Shown: positions 28,126-37,814, numbered from the stretch's first letter. The stretch: DNA of 42,563 nucleotides from Candidatus Zixiibacteriota bacterium (GCA_040235515.1 JBECKX010000045.1:1-42563), one strand, 5' to 3'. The notes: generated by a model not told the origin, from the letters alone. Translations and numbers: made by a program.

Positions 28126-28342
28126 TTAGTAGATGTGCTACATATTCAATTAAGCCACAGGGCTCCATTTTGTCAACCCTCAATTGCCCACCGCACGTGG
28201 TGCGACCGCTTCTAAGCTGCCTTAAGAGGATCGGACACTCCGCGCATTATGTTAACGCGGGGTGTCAATGCCAGATTCGGACTAATTAAACCGCACGCCG
28301 CCGCCGTTAGCGATCACTAACCACGCCCGGTCGATAGTTAAG

Positions 28343-30415
28343 CTATTGGGGGCAGGCCAGGCAGGGCGCCGGACCGCCACCGAAGATGTAGTTAATGATG
28401 TACACGGCGTCGCCAATACCGACATTACCGCTACAGTCAGCGTCTCCCGCTTCAGGCGGATCAGGCGCAGGGCCACCGCCGAAGATGAAGTTGACGATAT
28501 AAACAGCGTCCGAAATTGCGATCGCTTCGCTGCCATCCGCGTCACCACAAAGGTATTCCGGCGCGGGCGGGTCTACCACGCTTACCTGCACGGCCAGCGT
28601 GTCGGCCTTTTGCAGGAGAGCGTCATTACAGATCACGGTAAAGAAATAGTCTGCCTTGAATGAAGGCGTGCCTGTCAGCGTGCCGGTGGCGCCGCCGTTG
28701 AAAGTGGTTCCGAACGGAATATCGCCACCGAACAGGGACCAGCTATAGGGCTGCGTGCCACCTACCGCGGTGAACTGGAAGAAGTATGGTTCTCCGAGAT
28801 AGGCATCAGGCAGGCTGTATGACTGAATATGCAGTTGTCCGTCGCAGGCATCCCCGACGCCGTCGGAGTTTTCATCATACTGCAACGGATTGGGTGTGTT
28901 CAAGCAGTTGTCGCAGAGATCGCCGACGTTGTCACCATCCGCATCCGCCTGGGAGGCGTTCGGTGTGTCGGGACAATTGTCTGTCGGGCACGTGCTTGCC
29001 GGATACCCCGGATCGGCATAGCCATCGCCATCGCTGTCGGTGCAGGTATCGCACTCGTCGCCGACGCCGTCCTCATCCAGATCGGCCTGATCTTCGTTGT
29101 CGACGGAGGGGCAGTTGTCGCAAACGTCGCCATAGCTGTCAGCGTCGCTATTGGTCTGCGATGCGTTCGAAGCGAACGGACAGTTGTCTGAAGCGTTCAG
29201 TACGCCGTCGTCATCGATGTCCGGATCACAAACATCACCGAGACCATCCTCATCGACATCTTCCTGACACGGATTATAAGTGGAAGGACAATTGTCTTCC
29301 GAATCATCCCAGCCGTCGCCGTCGCTGTCAGCCAGCGGAGCGCCCTTGGTGGCAAGGAATGGTGTCGACGTACCACACTCCAACCATCCCAGCAATTTGT
29401 CATTGATCCAACAATGCATACGTCCCGCCTGCTGAGTGGAGAACTCGGTCAGGCAGAAGTCGGGCGCATAACCCATGTAGTTCTGCGTGTCGGTCGTTCC
29501 CCACGCTGTCCCGGAGCAAACATCGGTGCCGCCGGGGGGAGCGCAGTTGAAGTTACGCGGTGTCGGATCGGTATCGGAGCACAGGTCGCCGGTGACATCA
29601 CCATCGAGACCATCGGCACGCTCGTAGCAGGGACCACACTGGGTCACCTCGTACACGCCGTGGTGGGTATGCCACAGGCCGAGGCAATGCCCGATTTCAT
29701 GCGTTGCGGTCTGCTGATTGGCCCCGAAGTAGTTGTCATCGACGATTGTCCCTCCCATGATGGTCAGGGCGTCGTTGTCCCACGGGAACGTGCCGATTCC
29801 GATGTAGCCCTCATTGATGTTTGTCACGTAGACATTCAAAAATGAATCAGGCTGCACCGCGCTGGCACTCTTCATGGCAAATTCTTCATTGTCGGTGTAG
29901 TTGCGCCAAGCCGTCGACTTGACTACTCGCCACTGGTATGAGAATTGAACTTTGAACGGAGCATAACGAGCGTTGAGGGTCGCGACTTGAGCCTGTACAG
30001 CGCTCTCGGATGCGGCCTGGTTGGAGCCATCATCGTTGGCCAGTACATTAATGAACAACTTGATGTATGTCGGCGGGTCTTCGGAGCCGGGAATATTTGC
30101 GTCACGGGTGACCGGGTCGTCGCACGGCCCCTGCTGAGCGCAGGCGCGCGCCGAAGCGCCTTCCTTTTGCTCCCATTGCACCTGGGTCTGGCACCAGTCG
30201 ACGCCGAAGGAATTCAGGTATGACTTTACAATCTCGTCGTCAATGTACTGCAGTCTCTGATCCAGGTCGGCCGGCTTCTTCACCTGATCGGCTGCCATTG
30301 CGGTCGGCACGACGACAACGCAAATCAGCAGGATGATCAGACCAATTGGAAAAGTGCGGCAGACAGCGCGGCATACATAGTCCGATAGCTTCATGGTATC
30401 AGGCTCTTTCTCCAT
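28343..30415 (-). CDS. Secreted M43 (pappalysin/ulilysin-like) metallopeptidase with TSP3 repeats, Ig-like domain and dockerin-like tail, paralog B
   Basis: Signal peptide, [38 protein letters not shown]; collinear with paralog A. Alternative start 30394. Confidence 0.9.
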   Translation of the reverse strand: MEKEPDTMKLSDYVCRAVCRTFPIGLIILLICVVVVPTAMAADQVKKPADLDQRLQYIDDEIVKSYLNSFGVDWCQTQVQWEQKEGASARACAQQGPCDDPVTRDANIPGSEDPPTYIKLFINVLANDDGSNQAASESAVQAQVATLNARYAPFKVQFSYQWRVVKSTAWRNYTDNEEFAMKSASAVQPDSFLNVYVTNINEGYIGIGTFPWDNDALTIMGGTIVDDNYFGANQQTATHEIGHCLGLWHTHHGVYEVTQCGPCYERADGLDGDVTGDLCSDTDPTPRNFNCAPPGGTDVCSGTAWGTTDTQNYMGYAPDFCLTEFSTQQAGRMHCWINDKLLGWLECGTSTPFLATKGAPLADSDGDGWDDSEDNCPSTYNPCQEDVDEDGLGDVCDPDIDDDGVLNASDNCPFASNASQTNSDADSYGDVCDNCPSVDNEDQADLDEDGVGDECDTCTDSDGDGYADPGYPASTCPTDNCPDTPNASQADADGDNVGDLCDNCLNTPNPLQYDENSDGVGDACDGQLHIQSYSLPDAYLGEPYFFQFTAVGGTQPYSWSLFGGDIPFGTTFNGGATGTLTGTPSFKADYFFTVICNDALLQKADTLAVQVSVVDPPAPEYLCGDADGSEAIAISDAVYIVNFIFGGGPAPDPPEAGDADCSGNVGIGDAVYIINYIFGGGPAPCLACPQ
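28346..28555 (-). repeat. Dockerin-like C-terminal module, copy 4 of 4
   Basis: [70 protein letters not shown]. Confidence 0.88.
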
Positions 30416-30463
30416 TAGAGGGTTAGGTCTGTGGTACTACGGTATAGGGCATGAGATAATAGT

Positions 30464-30499
30464 TCGTTAAAATATAACGACTTAGTGTGGACCTGTCAA
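30464..30499 (-). promoter_or_regulatory. Near-consensus sigma70 promoter with an overlapping palindrome
   Basis: Minus strand TTGACA (30499-30494)-17 nt-TATATT (30476-30471); TCGTTA-N5-TAACGA at 30464-30480. Confidence 0.75.
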
Positions 30500-30569
30500 G
30501 TCAACTCTGGCGAGTTCACGCGCCCGTAAACTGATTGGACGACAAGGAGTTGGGTGGCGCGGGCCTTGC

Positions 30570-31973
30570 TTATCTGAAGATCTTCCCCGGGTTGAGTATG
30601 CCGGCCGGATCAAATGCTCGCTTGATCTGTCGCATCAACTCCAACGAGGAAGCGTGTTCGCGCTCGAACATCTCCCTGTGCCCCAAGCCGATACCATGTT
30701 CGCCGGAGATCGTCCCTTCCAGGTCGATCGCTTTCTGCACTATCTTGCGGTTTACTTCCTGCCCGAGCTGCCACTCCGCTTCATCGTCGCGACGAGCGAG
30801 AATCAGAGCATGGAGCAACCCCATTCCAACATGCCCGAACGCATGGATCAACAGCCCCGACTCTTCGCTCAGCTGGTTGCAGTACTTGATCATCTCAGGG
30901 AGCCGGGAAATCGGGAAGGCGGCATCATTGCGAATGATCGTATACCCCGGTTTGCGATGCTTGATCGAATTGGTGACATGATGACGGATCTCCCACGGGT
31001 TCTCGCCGGATGGGATCTGAAGCGGGCTACCCCCTATCTCCTCAACCACCGACTCAGCGAGTTCCTGCGTCGAATTCAGCACGGCTTCGGCGCCATGGAT
31101 CTCCAGGAACAGCGCCGGTGTCTCTTTGAGACCATAGTTGTTGAGCTGATTGAGTGCCTCGATGACGCGGCTGTCGAGGAATTCAACCGCGGCAAGATCA
31201 AGTCCGTAGCGCATCATCTCGGAGACAGCGGTGGCAGCGTCGACGTCATTGGCAAACTGGTAGGCAAGCTTGCGCGTGCCCTCGGGGATTCCCCGTAGCT
31301 TCAGGGTGATGGCAGTTATGACCGCCAGCGTGCCCTCTGAGCCGGCCACGAGGTCGATCAGGTTATAGCCGGACGAGCGCTTCGTAGCGCGATTGCCAAA
31401 GCGATGGATCTCGCCTCGCCCATCCACGACCTCGATCGCCAATACGAAATCGCGCGTGCCGCCATACTTCACTGAGTAAATCCCACTGGCATTCGTTGCA
31501 ACCATGCCCCCGATGGTGGCCAGATCGGAACTGCCGCCCGGCGACGGCGGAAAAAACAACGATTCTCGCTTCAATTGCTCATTGAGGTCTTCATAGATGA
31601 TCCCCGGTTCCACGCGCACCTGCAAATCCTCGGGCCAGAGCTGCAGCACTTTGTTCATCGCCGCCAGATCCAACACTATTCCCCCTTCAATCGGAATGGT
31701 ACTCCCTTCCAGGGCGCTCCCCCCTGCCCGCACGGTAACAGGAACCCGCTGATCATGGCAGAACTTCACCGTCTTGCAGATGTCTCCAACACCGGCAGGG
31801 CGTACGATCGCACCCGGTGTAGCCGGAGGCAGCGTGGACTCATCGAACGATGCAGCCTCCAGCTCGCTGGGATTATCAACAACCTTCTCGTCCCCCAGTA
31901 GAGACCTCAGCGACACTACCAGTTCGCTTCCACTGCTATGCATTGTCATTTTCGTTAGTTTCTCATCTGTCAC
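30570..31973 (-). CDS. FAD-binding oxidoreductase, GlcD/D-lactate dehydrogenase family
   Basis: ATIGGMVATNASG, KYG.TRD, GSEGTL, FGHVGMG.LH, ISGEHGIG, DP.GILNPGK. Confidence 0.9.
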   Translation of the reverse strand: MTDEKLTKMTMHSSGSELVVSLRSLLGDEKVVDNPSELEAASFDESTLPPATPGAIVRPAGVGDICKTVKFCHDQRVPVTVRAGGSALEGSTIPIEGGIVLDLAAMNKVLQLWPEDLQVRVEPGIIYEDLNEQLKRESLFFPPSPGGSSDLATIGGMVATNASGIYSVKYGGTRDFVLAIEVVDGRGEIHRFGNRATKRSSGYNLIDLVAGSEGTLAVITAITLKLRGIPEGTRKLAYQFANDVDAATAVSEMMRYGLDLAAVEFLDSRVIEALNQLNNYGLKETPALFLEIHGAEAVLNSTQELAESVVEEIGGSPLQIPSGENPWEIRHHVTNSIKHRKPGYTIIRNDAAFPISRLPEMIKYCNQLSEESGLLIHAFGHVGMGLLHALILARRDDEAEWQLGQEVNRKIVQKAIDLEGTISGEHGIGLGHREMFEREHASSLELMRQIKRAFDPAGILNPGKIFR

Positions 31974-32082
31974 GAATTAAACTTTTCCGTCTCGATTTTC
32001 TCCGGCACCGGCTCAGAACCTCCACAGCGCAATAAACGCCGTCTTTGATGCTCACCCGAATTATTACCGTCAAGCACGCTGC

Positions 32083-32111
32083 ATAATAGCCAAAATCGTT
32101 ACAGCTCACAA
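32083..32111 (-). promoter_or_regulatory. Sigma70-type promoter for the GlcD-like gene
   Basis: Minus strand TTGTGA-17 nt-TATTAT. Confidence 0.45.
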
Positions 32112-32215
32112 CAAATCGGCTGGAGGATTTGATCCGGCTCGCGTAGCATTAGAAAATCGATACAAACCTTCCCGACTCCAGGTTGAACTATGGAGTACTG
32201 ATGAAGTATTGCAGC

Positions 32216-32244
32216 TTGACGAGCCAGTTATGAAATTCTATCTT
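32216..32244 (+). promoter_or_regulatory. Sigma70-type promoter for the antiporter-USP pair
   Basis: TTGACG-17 nt-TATCTT, 11 nt before ATG 32256. Confidence 0.55.
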
Positions 32245-32255
32245 GCCCGCCACTT

Positions 32256-33827
32256 ATGATCGCAGGTTCTCCGATACTAGCCCGCTGGCGAATCGTCATC
32301 TTTGCATTGCTGGCGTGCGTCACGCTTTCCATCGCGCTCCCGACAGCTGCGGCTACTGCCGCTCGCTCGAAGGATGCTTACGATGCGAAAGTGGCGCAGC
32401 GCGAGGCTGAAAAGCAGGCGGAGCGAGCTGTGACAATCCAGGAAGAGGAGCACGCCGAGGAACAGCTTGGCTCGGAGTTACCCCTCTGGAGCTGTATTCC
32501 GTTTGTGGGTATTCTCCTTTCGATCGCGCTCTTTCCAATGTTTGCGCCCGTTTTCTGGCACCACCACTTTCCCAAGATTGCCTTCGCCTGGGGTCTGCTC
32601 TTTACGATCCCATTCCTGATCGCTTATAAGGGTGTGGCGCTCCACGAGAGCATTCACATCGTCGTGTTTGACTATCTACCCTTCATCATCCTGTTGTGGG
32701 GGTTGTTCACTGTTTCGGGTGGGATTTACCTGCGCGGAACCATGGTGGGCAAGCCGGTGGTGAACATCGGCCTGCTGCTCGTGGGGACTCTACTCGCATC
32801 CTGGATGGGAACGACCGGGGCGGCGATGCTGATGATCCGACCCGTAATCAGGGCTAATTCTTCAAGGCGTTATCAAGTCCACACGATCGTTTTCTTTATC
32901 TTCCTGGTGGCTAACGCCGGTGGCCTGTTGACGCCGCTCGGTGACCCGCCACTCTTTCTCGGCTTCCTCCGGGGAGTTCCCTTCTTCTGGACGATGGGAC
33001 TGTGGACAAAGCTGATCGTTGTCGGTGGGTATCTGCTGATTCTCTACTACATCATCGATAGCTATCTATATAAGAAGGAGAATCGTAATAAACAGGAAGA
33101 GACCGCGCCACAGACCCGTGAACAACTCGGAATCAGTGGTGGACACAATTTCCTATTCCTGCTCGGTATCATCTGTGCCGTCCTGATTTCCGGTTACTGG
33201 CACTCCGGCGGATTCGGACTCTTCGGTTTTCGATTTACAACCGCCGCGCTGCTGCGTGATGCACTTATCTTGCTGATGGGTTTCCTGAGCATCTGGACAA
33301 CCAGGGAGGAGTATCGCAAGGCGAATGGTTTCAGCTGGTTCCCGATCAAGGAAGTTGGTTTTCTGTTCATTGGAATATTCCTGACGATCGTTGCTCCCCT
33401 GCAAATCCTGCAGGCGGGCCCGCATGGCGCGGCAGCACCCATCATCAAGGCGGTTGATTCCGAGGCGAGTTACTTCTGGATCACCGGTGCGCTCTCATCA
33501 TTCCTCGACAACGCCCCCACCTATCTGACGTTTTTCAATCTCTCACTCGGGAATCTCGGACTGAATCCGGGTCACGTTACACCGATTTTGACCGGTCAGA
33601 TCACCGGAGACCTTGCGACAGCGTTTATTCATGACCTTACTGCGATCTCGTCAGGAGCCGTTTTCTTCGGTGCCTGCAGCTATATCGGCAACGCCCCCAA
33701 TTTCATGGTAAGATCGATTGCTGAAGAAGCGCGCATTCCGATGCCGAGTTTCTTCGCTTATATCGGCTGGGCGGTTGCGATTTTGGCACCGATCTTTATC
33801 TTGATGACATTCATTTATTACGTCTAA
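32256..33827 (+). CDS. Ion transporter (IT) superfamily protein, putative Na+/H+ antiporter or citrate transporter
   Basis: Many TM helices; GTTGAAML, LTPLGDPPLFLGFL.GVPF, SSFLDNAPTY, YIGNAPNFMV. Confidence 0.85.
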   Translation: MIAGSPILARWRIVIFALLACVTLSIALPTAAATAARSKDAYDAKVAQREAEKQAERAVTIQEEEHAEEQLGSELPLWSCIPFVGILLSIALFPMFAPVFWHHHFPKIAFAWGLLFTIPFLIAYKGVALHESIHIVVFDYLPFIILLWGLFTVSGGIYLRGTMVGKPVVNIGLLLVGTLLASWMGTTGAAMLMIRPVIRANSSRRYQVHTIVFFIFLVANAGGLLTPLGDPPLFLGFLRGVPFFWTMGLWTKLIVVGGYLLILYYIIDSYLYKKENRNKQEETAPQTREQLGISGGHNFLFLLGIICAVLISGYWHSGGFGLFGFRFTTAALLRDALILLMGFLSIWTTREEYRKANGFSWFPIKEVGFLFIGIFLTIVAPLQILQAGPHGAAAPIIKAVDSEASYFWITGALSSFLDNAPTYLTFFNLSLGNLGLNPGHVTPILTGQITGDLATAFIHDLTAISSGAVFFGACSYIGNAPNFMVRSIAEEARIPMPSFFAYIGWAVAILAPIFILMTFIYYV

Positions 33828-33900
33828 GCCGTGCCGGCGGATCTGTGTCACGACGGCTGTGAGGTAGAACCGAGCCACCGCGCAAACGAGGAACAGGACC

Positions 33901-34362
33901 ATGTTTAATAGAATTATGATTCCAAGCGATCTGAGCGAAGCCTCCATGCTGGCGATGCAGTATGGAGTTCGACTGGCCAAGCACTTTTCCTCCGAGTTGG
34001 TGCTGCTCAACGTGCGTCCTGAGTTCATGGACAAGAAAGAGATGCTGATGCTACGCGTCTCGCACTATGACTTTCTGGAGCAGGAAGAGGATATCGCCGT
34101 AGCCGCCAAAGCGATTCTGGAGGAAGAACTCCGACGTGCAGGCGGGAGCGACCTCAAGCATGAAACGCTGCTGCGGGAAGGGGACCCGCACGAGGAGATC
34201 CTGCAAACGGCCGAGGAACTAAAGTGCGATTTGATCATACTGACTACCTCCGGGCGCAATCATCTGCTGGAAAAGATCAAGGGTTCGGACGCCGAGAGAA
34301 TCGTCTCTCAATCACACGTGCCGATCCTGGTGCTGCCCGTCCCAAAAGAAGAGCGGGAGTAA
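33901..34362 (+). CDS. Universal stress protein
   Basis: MFNRIMIPSDLSE.S, GDP..EIL..A, DLII...GR......GS.AE.IV....VPILV. Confidence 0.92.
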   Translation: MFNRIMIPSDLSEASMLAMQYGVRLAKHFSSELVLLNVRPEFMDKKEMLMLRVSHYDFLEQEEDIAVAAKAILEEELRRAGGSDLKHETLLREGDPHEEILQTAEELKCDLIILTTSGRNHLLEKIKGSDAERIVSQSHVPILVLPVPKEERE

Positions 34363-34420
34363 AACCACTGGTGGGCATCTGTTCTTGTCACTCTACCCCT
34401 CCTAACCTGGATATCGCTAT

Positions 34421-35806
34421 ATGATGAAGATTACCTTTCACGGTGCAGCGGGCACCGTCACCGGCTCGAAGTATCTCGTAGAAGTAAATGACAAGCGCAT
34501 ACTGATCGACTGCGGGATGTTTCAGGGGCCGCGCGAGCTGCGCCTGCGCAACTGGGAGCCGGTGCCCTTTGATGTCACCAGCCTCTCCGCGATTATCCTG
34601 ACCCACGCACACATCGACCATATCGGTTTCTTGCCCAAGGTCGTGAAGGAGGGTTACCGCGGACCGATCCATGCCACTCCCCCGACCGTAGATCTGGCAC
34701 ATGTGTCGCTGATGGACGCGGCGCATCTTCAGATGGAAGATGCCGAGTATCGCAGCAAGAAGAAGGCATCCCGTCACAAAGTCGTGCTGCCACTCTTCGA
34801 CACAGATGACGCCGAATTGGCGCGCAAGCAACTGAAAAAGGTCGACTTCGACCAATGGACCTCCATCGGTACCGAATTCCGCTACCGCTATCATGTCGTC
34901 GGGCACCTGCTTGGCGCCGCGATGGTCGAACTGGAATTGAACGACGGCAAAGAGAGAAAGACGATCCTTTTCTCAGGTGATGTCGGTCGCTATGGTGCGC
35001 CGCTGACCAAGAGCCCCACCGAGCCTCCGAAGTGTGACTACCTGGTCTGTGAGTCCACCTATGGTGGCCGTATCCATCCGGCCGAAGATGCGATGACCTC
35101 CTTCGAGGAGATCGTTAAGGAGATCTTCGAGCAGAAGAGTGTGCTGCTGATTCCGGCGTTCTCAATCGGACGCACTCAGCAGATCACCTACATGATCTAT
35201 CGCCTGATCGAGCGCGAGTTCATTCCGCCCATAAATATTCATATCGATTCGCCGATGGCGATTGCTGCCACGGAAATCTATATGCGCTATCCTGAGTACC
35301 ATCAAGCCGACCTGATGAAACTGGGCGGCGCAAAGCAGGTGTTGAACGGTGAGTATGTTGAGATGCACCGAACCCGCAAGTCGTCGCAGCGACTCAACGG
35401 CCTGAAAGGGCCGGCAATCATCATGAGTGCTTCCGGAATGATGACGGGCGGACGAATCCTCCATCACATGATCAACCGGCTGCCTGATCCAACAACCACC
35501 GTTGCATTGGTGGGATTCATGGCTGAAGGCACCCTTGGCAGGAAACTGGTCGATGGTGCGGAGATGCTCTATATCCACAAACAGCCGATACCGGTCAATG
35601 CCAGAATCGTGCAGTTTCACGGGCTCTCAGGCCACGCGGATTACTTCGAACTGCTCCACTGGTTGGAGCCGATCACCGAAAAACCGCAGCGGGTCTTCGT
35701 GACACATGGCGAGAAATCTCAGTCGGAAGCGATGCAGGCGCACCTGCACAACGAACGCGGCTGGGACGCCGTCATTCCCGAGATGGACCAATCGTTTGAA
35801 TTGTAG
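34421..35806 (+). CDS. Metallo-beta-lactamase/beta-CASP ribonuclease (CPSF-like)
   Basis: GAAGTVTGS, DCGMFQG, THAHIDH, GHLLG, FSGDVG, ESTYG, SGHAD, VTHGE. Confidence 0.93.
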   Translation: MMKITFHGAAGTVTGSKYLVEVNDKRILIDCGMFQGPRELRLRNWEPVPFDVTSLSAIILTHAHIDHIGFLPKVVKEGYRGPIHATPPTVDLAHVSLMDAAHLQMEDAEYRSKKKASRHKVVLPLFDTDDAELARKQLKKVDFDQWTSIGTEFRYRYHVVGHLLGAAMVELELNDGKERKTILFSGDVGRYGAPLTKSPTEPPKCDYLVCESTYGGRIHPAEDAMTSFEEIVKEIFEQKSVLLIPAFSIGRTQQITYMIYRLIEREFIPPINIHIDSPMAIAATEIYMRYPEYHQADLMKLGGAKQVLNGEYVEMHRTRKSSQRLNGLKGPAIIMSASGMMTGGRILHHMINRLPDPTTTVALVGFMAEGTLGRKLVDGAEMLYIHKQPIPVNARIVQFHGLSGHADYFELLHWLEPITEKPQRVFVTHGEKSQSEAMQAHLHNERGWDAVIPEMDQSFEL

Positions 35807-35808
35807 GC

Positions 35809-36966
35809 GTGGGGGCATCAAACCACCACCTTCAGCCAAAAACAGCTTTATTTTCAACCCCAATTTCGTACCCTGAACTCACTGTGAAACACCAACCTCC
35901 CGACCCGAATGCCAATCTCACGGCGGCGCTGCACTACTGTGAGCATATACTTCCCCACGTTTCGCGTACCTTTGCGCTGAATATCAAGGTGCTGCAGGGG
36001 GAACTATACCGTGCGGTGTTGGCCGCCTATCTCTTCTGTCGAATCGTCGATACCGTCGAAGATTCTGAGTCGCTCTCGCCTGAGACTCAAGCCTCACTCT
36101 TGCTCGGGTATCGCGACCTCTTCGCCGGTGGAGAGATTATCCCTGCCGCGGTCGCCGAGTGGCGAGATTCATGGGGTACAATCGATACGCACGACCACGA
36201 GCTGGATCTGATCGCAAATTGTGATAAAGTCTTCACCCTGTATCAGTCGCTCCAGCCTCACTCCCGGGACGCGATCTCCGCATGCGTGATCGAGATGGCG
36301 GATGGCATGCGGGAAACCCTGCTTGAGAAGTCAGCAGTGAGTGGTTCCCTCCGCTGCCTCACTTCGCTGCAGGAATTGGAGCAGTATTGCTACTACGTCG
36401 CCGGAACCGTTGGAAAAATGCTCACCAGACTGTTTTCGGCGGCGATCGATCAACTCCCGGTCGAGTCGCGGGCGGAACTGGAGCGGCACGAGATTTCGTT
36501 CGCACTCGGTCTGCAAATGACCAATATCATCAAGGATTGCGCAAGTGACTATCAGCGTGGCTGGTGCTATATCCCCGCGGTGATGCTGCAAGCAGCGGGC
36601 GCTTCGCCCCGGGAACTGCTCGCTGAGAGCCGACGATCAGCGGTGCTGGGAGTCCTGAATAAACTGATCCTGCTTACCGCCGACCACCTCGAGGACGCAC
36701 TCCGCTACACGCTTGCGATCCCGGCCGACCAGGCGCAGATTCGTCTCTTCAACCTCTGGTCTCTGCTGTTTGCAATAGCAACTCTCGGAGAAGCGTATGA
36801 CAATGCCGATCTGCTTGATCCCGGCAAGAAGGTAAAGGTACCGCGTGAGGCGATTGCCTCGATCATGGAGCAGAGCAGGCGGCTGGTGGGGTCCGACAAT
36901 GAGCTGCGCCGGATGTTCGAGTTGTTGAGAGGAAAATTCAGAGCCGAGAGCAACGTAGGATTTTGA
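35809..36966 (+). CDS. Squalene/phytoene synthase family head-to-head prenyltransferase
   Basis: VSRTFAL, AYLFCRIVDTVED, YCYYVAGTVG, GLQMTNIIKD...D..RG.CYIP. True start may be GTG 35884. Confidence 0.9.
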   Translation: MGASNHHLQPKTALFSTPISYPELTVKHQPPDPNANLTAALHYCEHILPHVSRTFALNIKVLQGELYRAVLAAYLFCRIVDTVEDSESLSPETQASLLLGYRDLFAGGEIIPAAVAEWRDSWGTIDTHDHELDLIANCDKVFTLYQSLQPHSRDAISACVIEMADGMRETLLEKSAVSGSLRCLTSLQELEQYCYYVAGTVGKMLTRLFSAAIDQLPVESRAELERHEISFALGLQMTNIIKDCASDYQRGWCYIPAVMLQAAGASPRELLAESRRSAVLGVLNKLILLTADHLEDALRYTLAIPADQAQIRLFNLWSLLFAIATLGEAYDNADLLDPGKKVKVPREAIASIMEQSRRLVGSDNELRRMFELLRGKFRAESNVGF

Positions 36967-36990
36967 TTCTCGATCCAAATTCTCTATATT
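36963..36990 (+). promoter_or_regulatory. Sigma70-type promoter for the CADD-like gene
   Basis: TTGATT-16 nt-TATATT. Confidence 0.45.
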
Positions 36991-37069
36991 TCAACCTGAA
37001 CCAATAAAATCTACGTTCACCTTACTTTGACATCAAATAGAAAAAGAAGGATGTCGTAATTAATAGCGT

Positions 37070-37765
37070 ATGAAAAATTCACTAATTGCCCAACTCAACG
37101 AACGCGTGGATCAGTTCGATCTGCTGAAGCACCCATTCTACCAACGCTGGAATGAAGGGACACTCTCTCTGCAGGATTTACAGGTCTACGCCCAGCAGTA
37201 TTACCACTTCGTGAAAGAAGTACCGACACTCGTCAGCGCAATTCACTCCAACTGCCGCAACCAATCCCTGCGACTCGATATCCTTGATAATCTGGTCGAG
37301 GAGGAGACCGGCGGCGAGAATATGGTTCCGCATGAGGACCTCTGGGTGTGGTTTGCAAACGGGATCGGACTGACTTCCGAGGAGCTGTCAGCCGCCGAGC
37401 CGTCGCCGGAGACCCGCAAGCTGCTTCTGACCTATCGCAATCTTTGTCGCGCTTCGAATGCCGCGGTCGGGGCCGCTGCGATGTACGCCTACGAATCACG
37501 CATCCCGGAGATTTCCGAGACGAAGATGTTTGGTCTCAAGAAGCATTACGGCATCCGCAGCGAGGAGGCGCTTCGGTTTTTCCGCGAGCACATGGTCGCA
37601 GACATTGAGCACACGAAGACGTGGGTCAATGTTATGAACACGCTCAACGAGACTGAGGATGACGACGCCCAGGCGCTCGATTCCACAGGCAAAGCCGCCA
37701 GGGCCCTCTGGCAGATGCTGGATGGTGTCTGTAACAGTTGCAACATCCCGATCGCCAGCAACTGA
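37070..37765 (+). CDS. CADD-family heme-oxygenase-like dimetal oxidase (putative p-aminobenzoate synthase)
   Basis: LLKHPFY..W..G.L, NL.EEE...H..LW, YAYE..IP.I...K..GL, FF.EH..AD..H; resembles Chlamydia CADD. Confidence 0.85.
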   Translation: MKNSLIAQLNERVDQFDLLKHPFYQRWNEGTLSLQDLQVYAQQYYHFVKEVPTLVSAIHSNCRNQSLRLDILDNLVEEETGGENMVPHEDLWVWFANGIGLTSEELSAAEPSPETRKLLLTYRNLCRASNAAVGAAAMYAYESRIPEISETKMFGLKKHYGIRSEEALRFFREHMVADIEHTKTWVNVMNTLNETEDDDAQALDSTGKAARALWQMLDGVCNSCNIPIASN

Positions 37766-37814
37766 TCAGGCCATCGTTCCGGTCAGCGTTCTCTATTGCG
37801 CTGCGCACAGAAAC

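Noticed and set aside
18212..28555. Four similar 3' gene ends as possible DGR variable regions or mobile repeats
   Set aside because: No reverse transcriptase or non-coding template in the window; differences appear spread over all bases and largely synonymous or conservative, fitting protein-level conservation.
34421..35806. beta-CASP nuclease as a defence-system component
   Set aside because: Resembles the widespread housekeeping bacterial CPSF-like family, with no defence-type neighbours.
37027..37055. TTGACA upstream of CADD as a -35 element
   Set aside because: No -10 at 16-18 nt spacing; it overlaps a short GACATC/GATGTC inverted repeat of unclear meaning.
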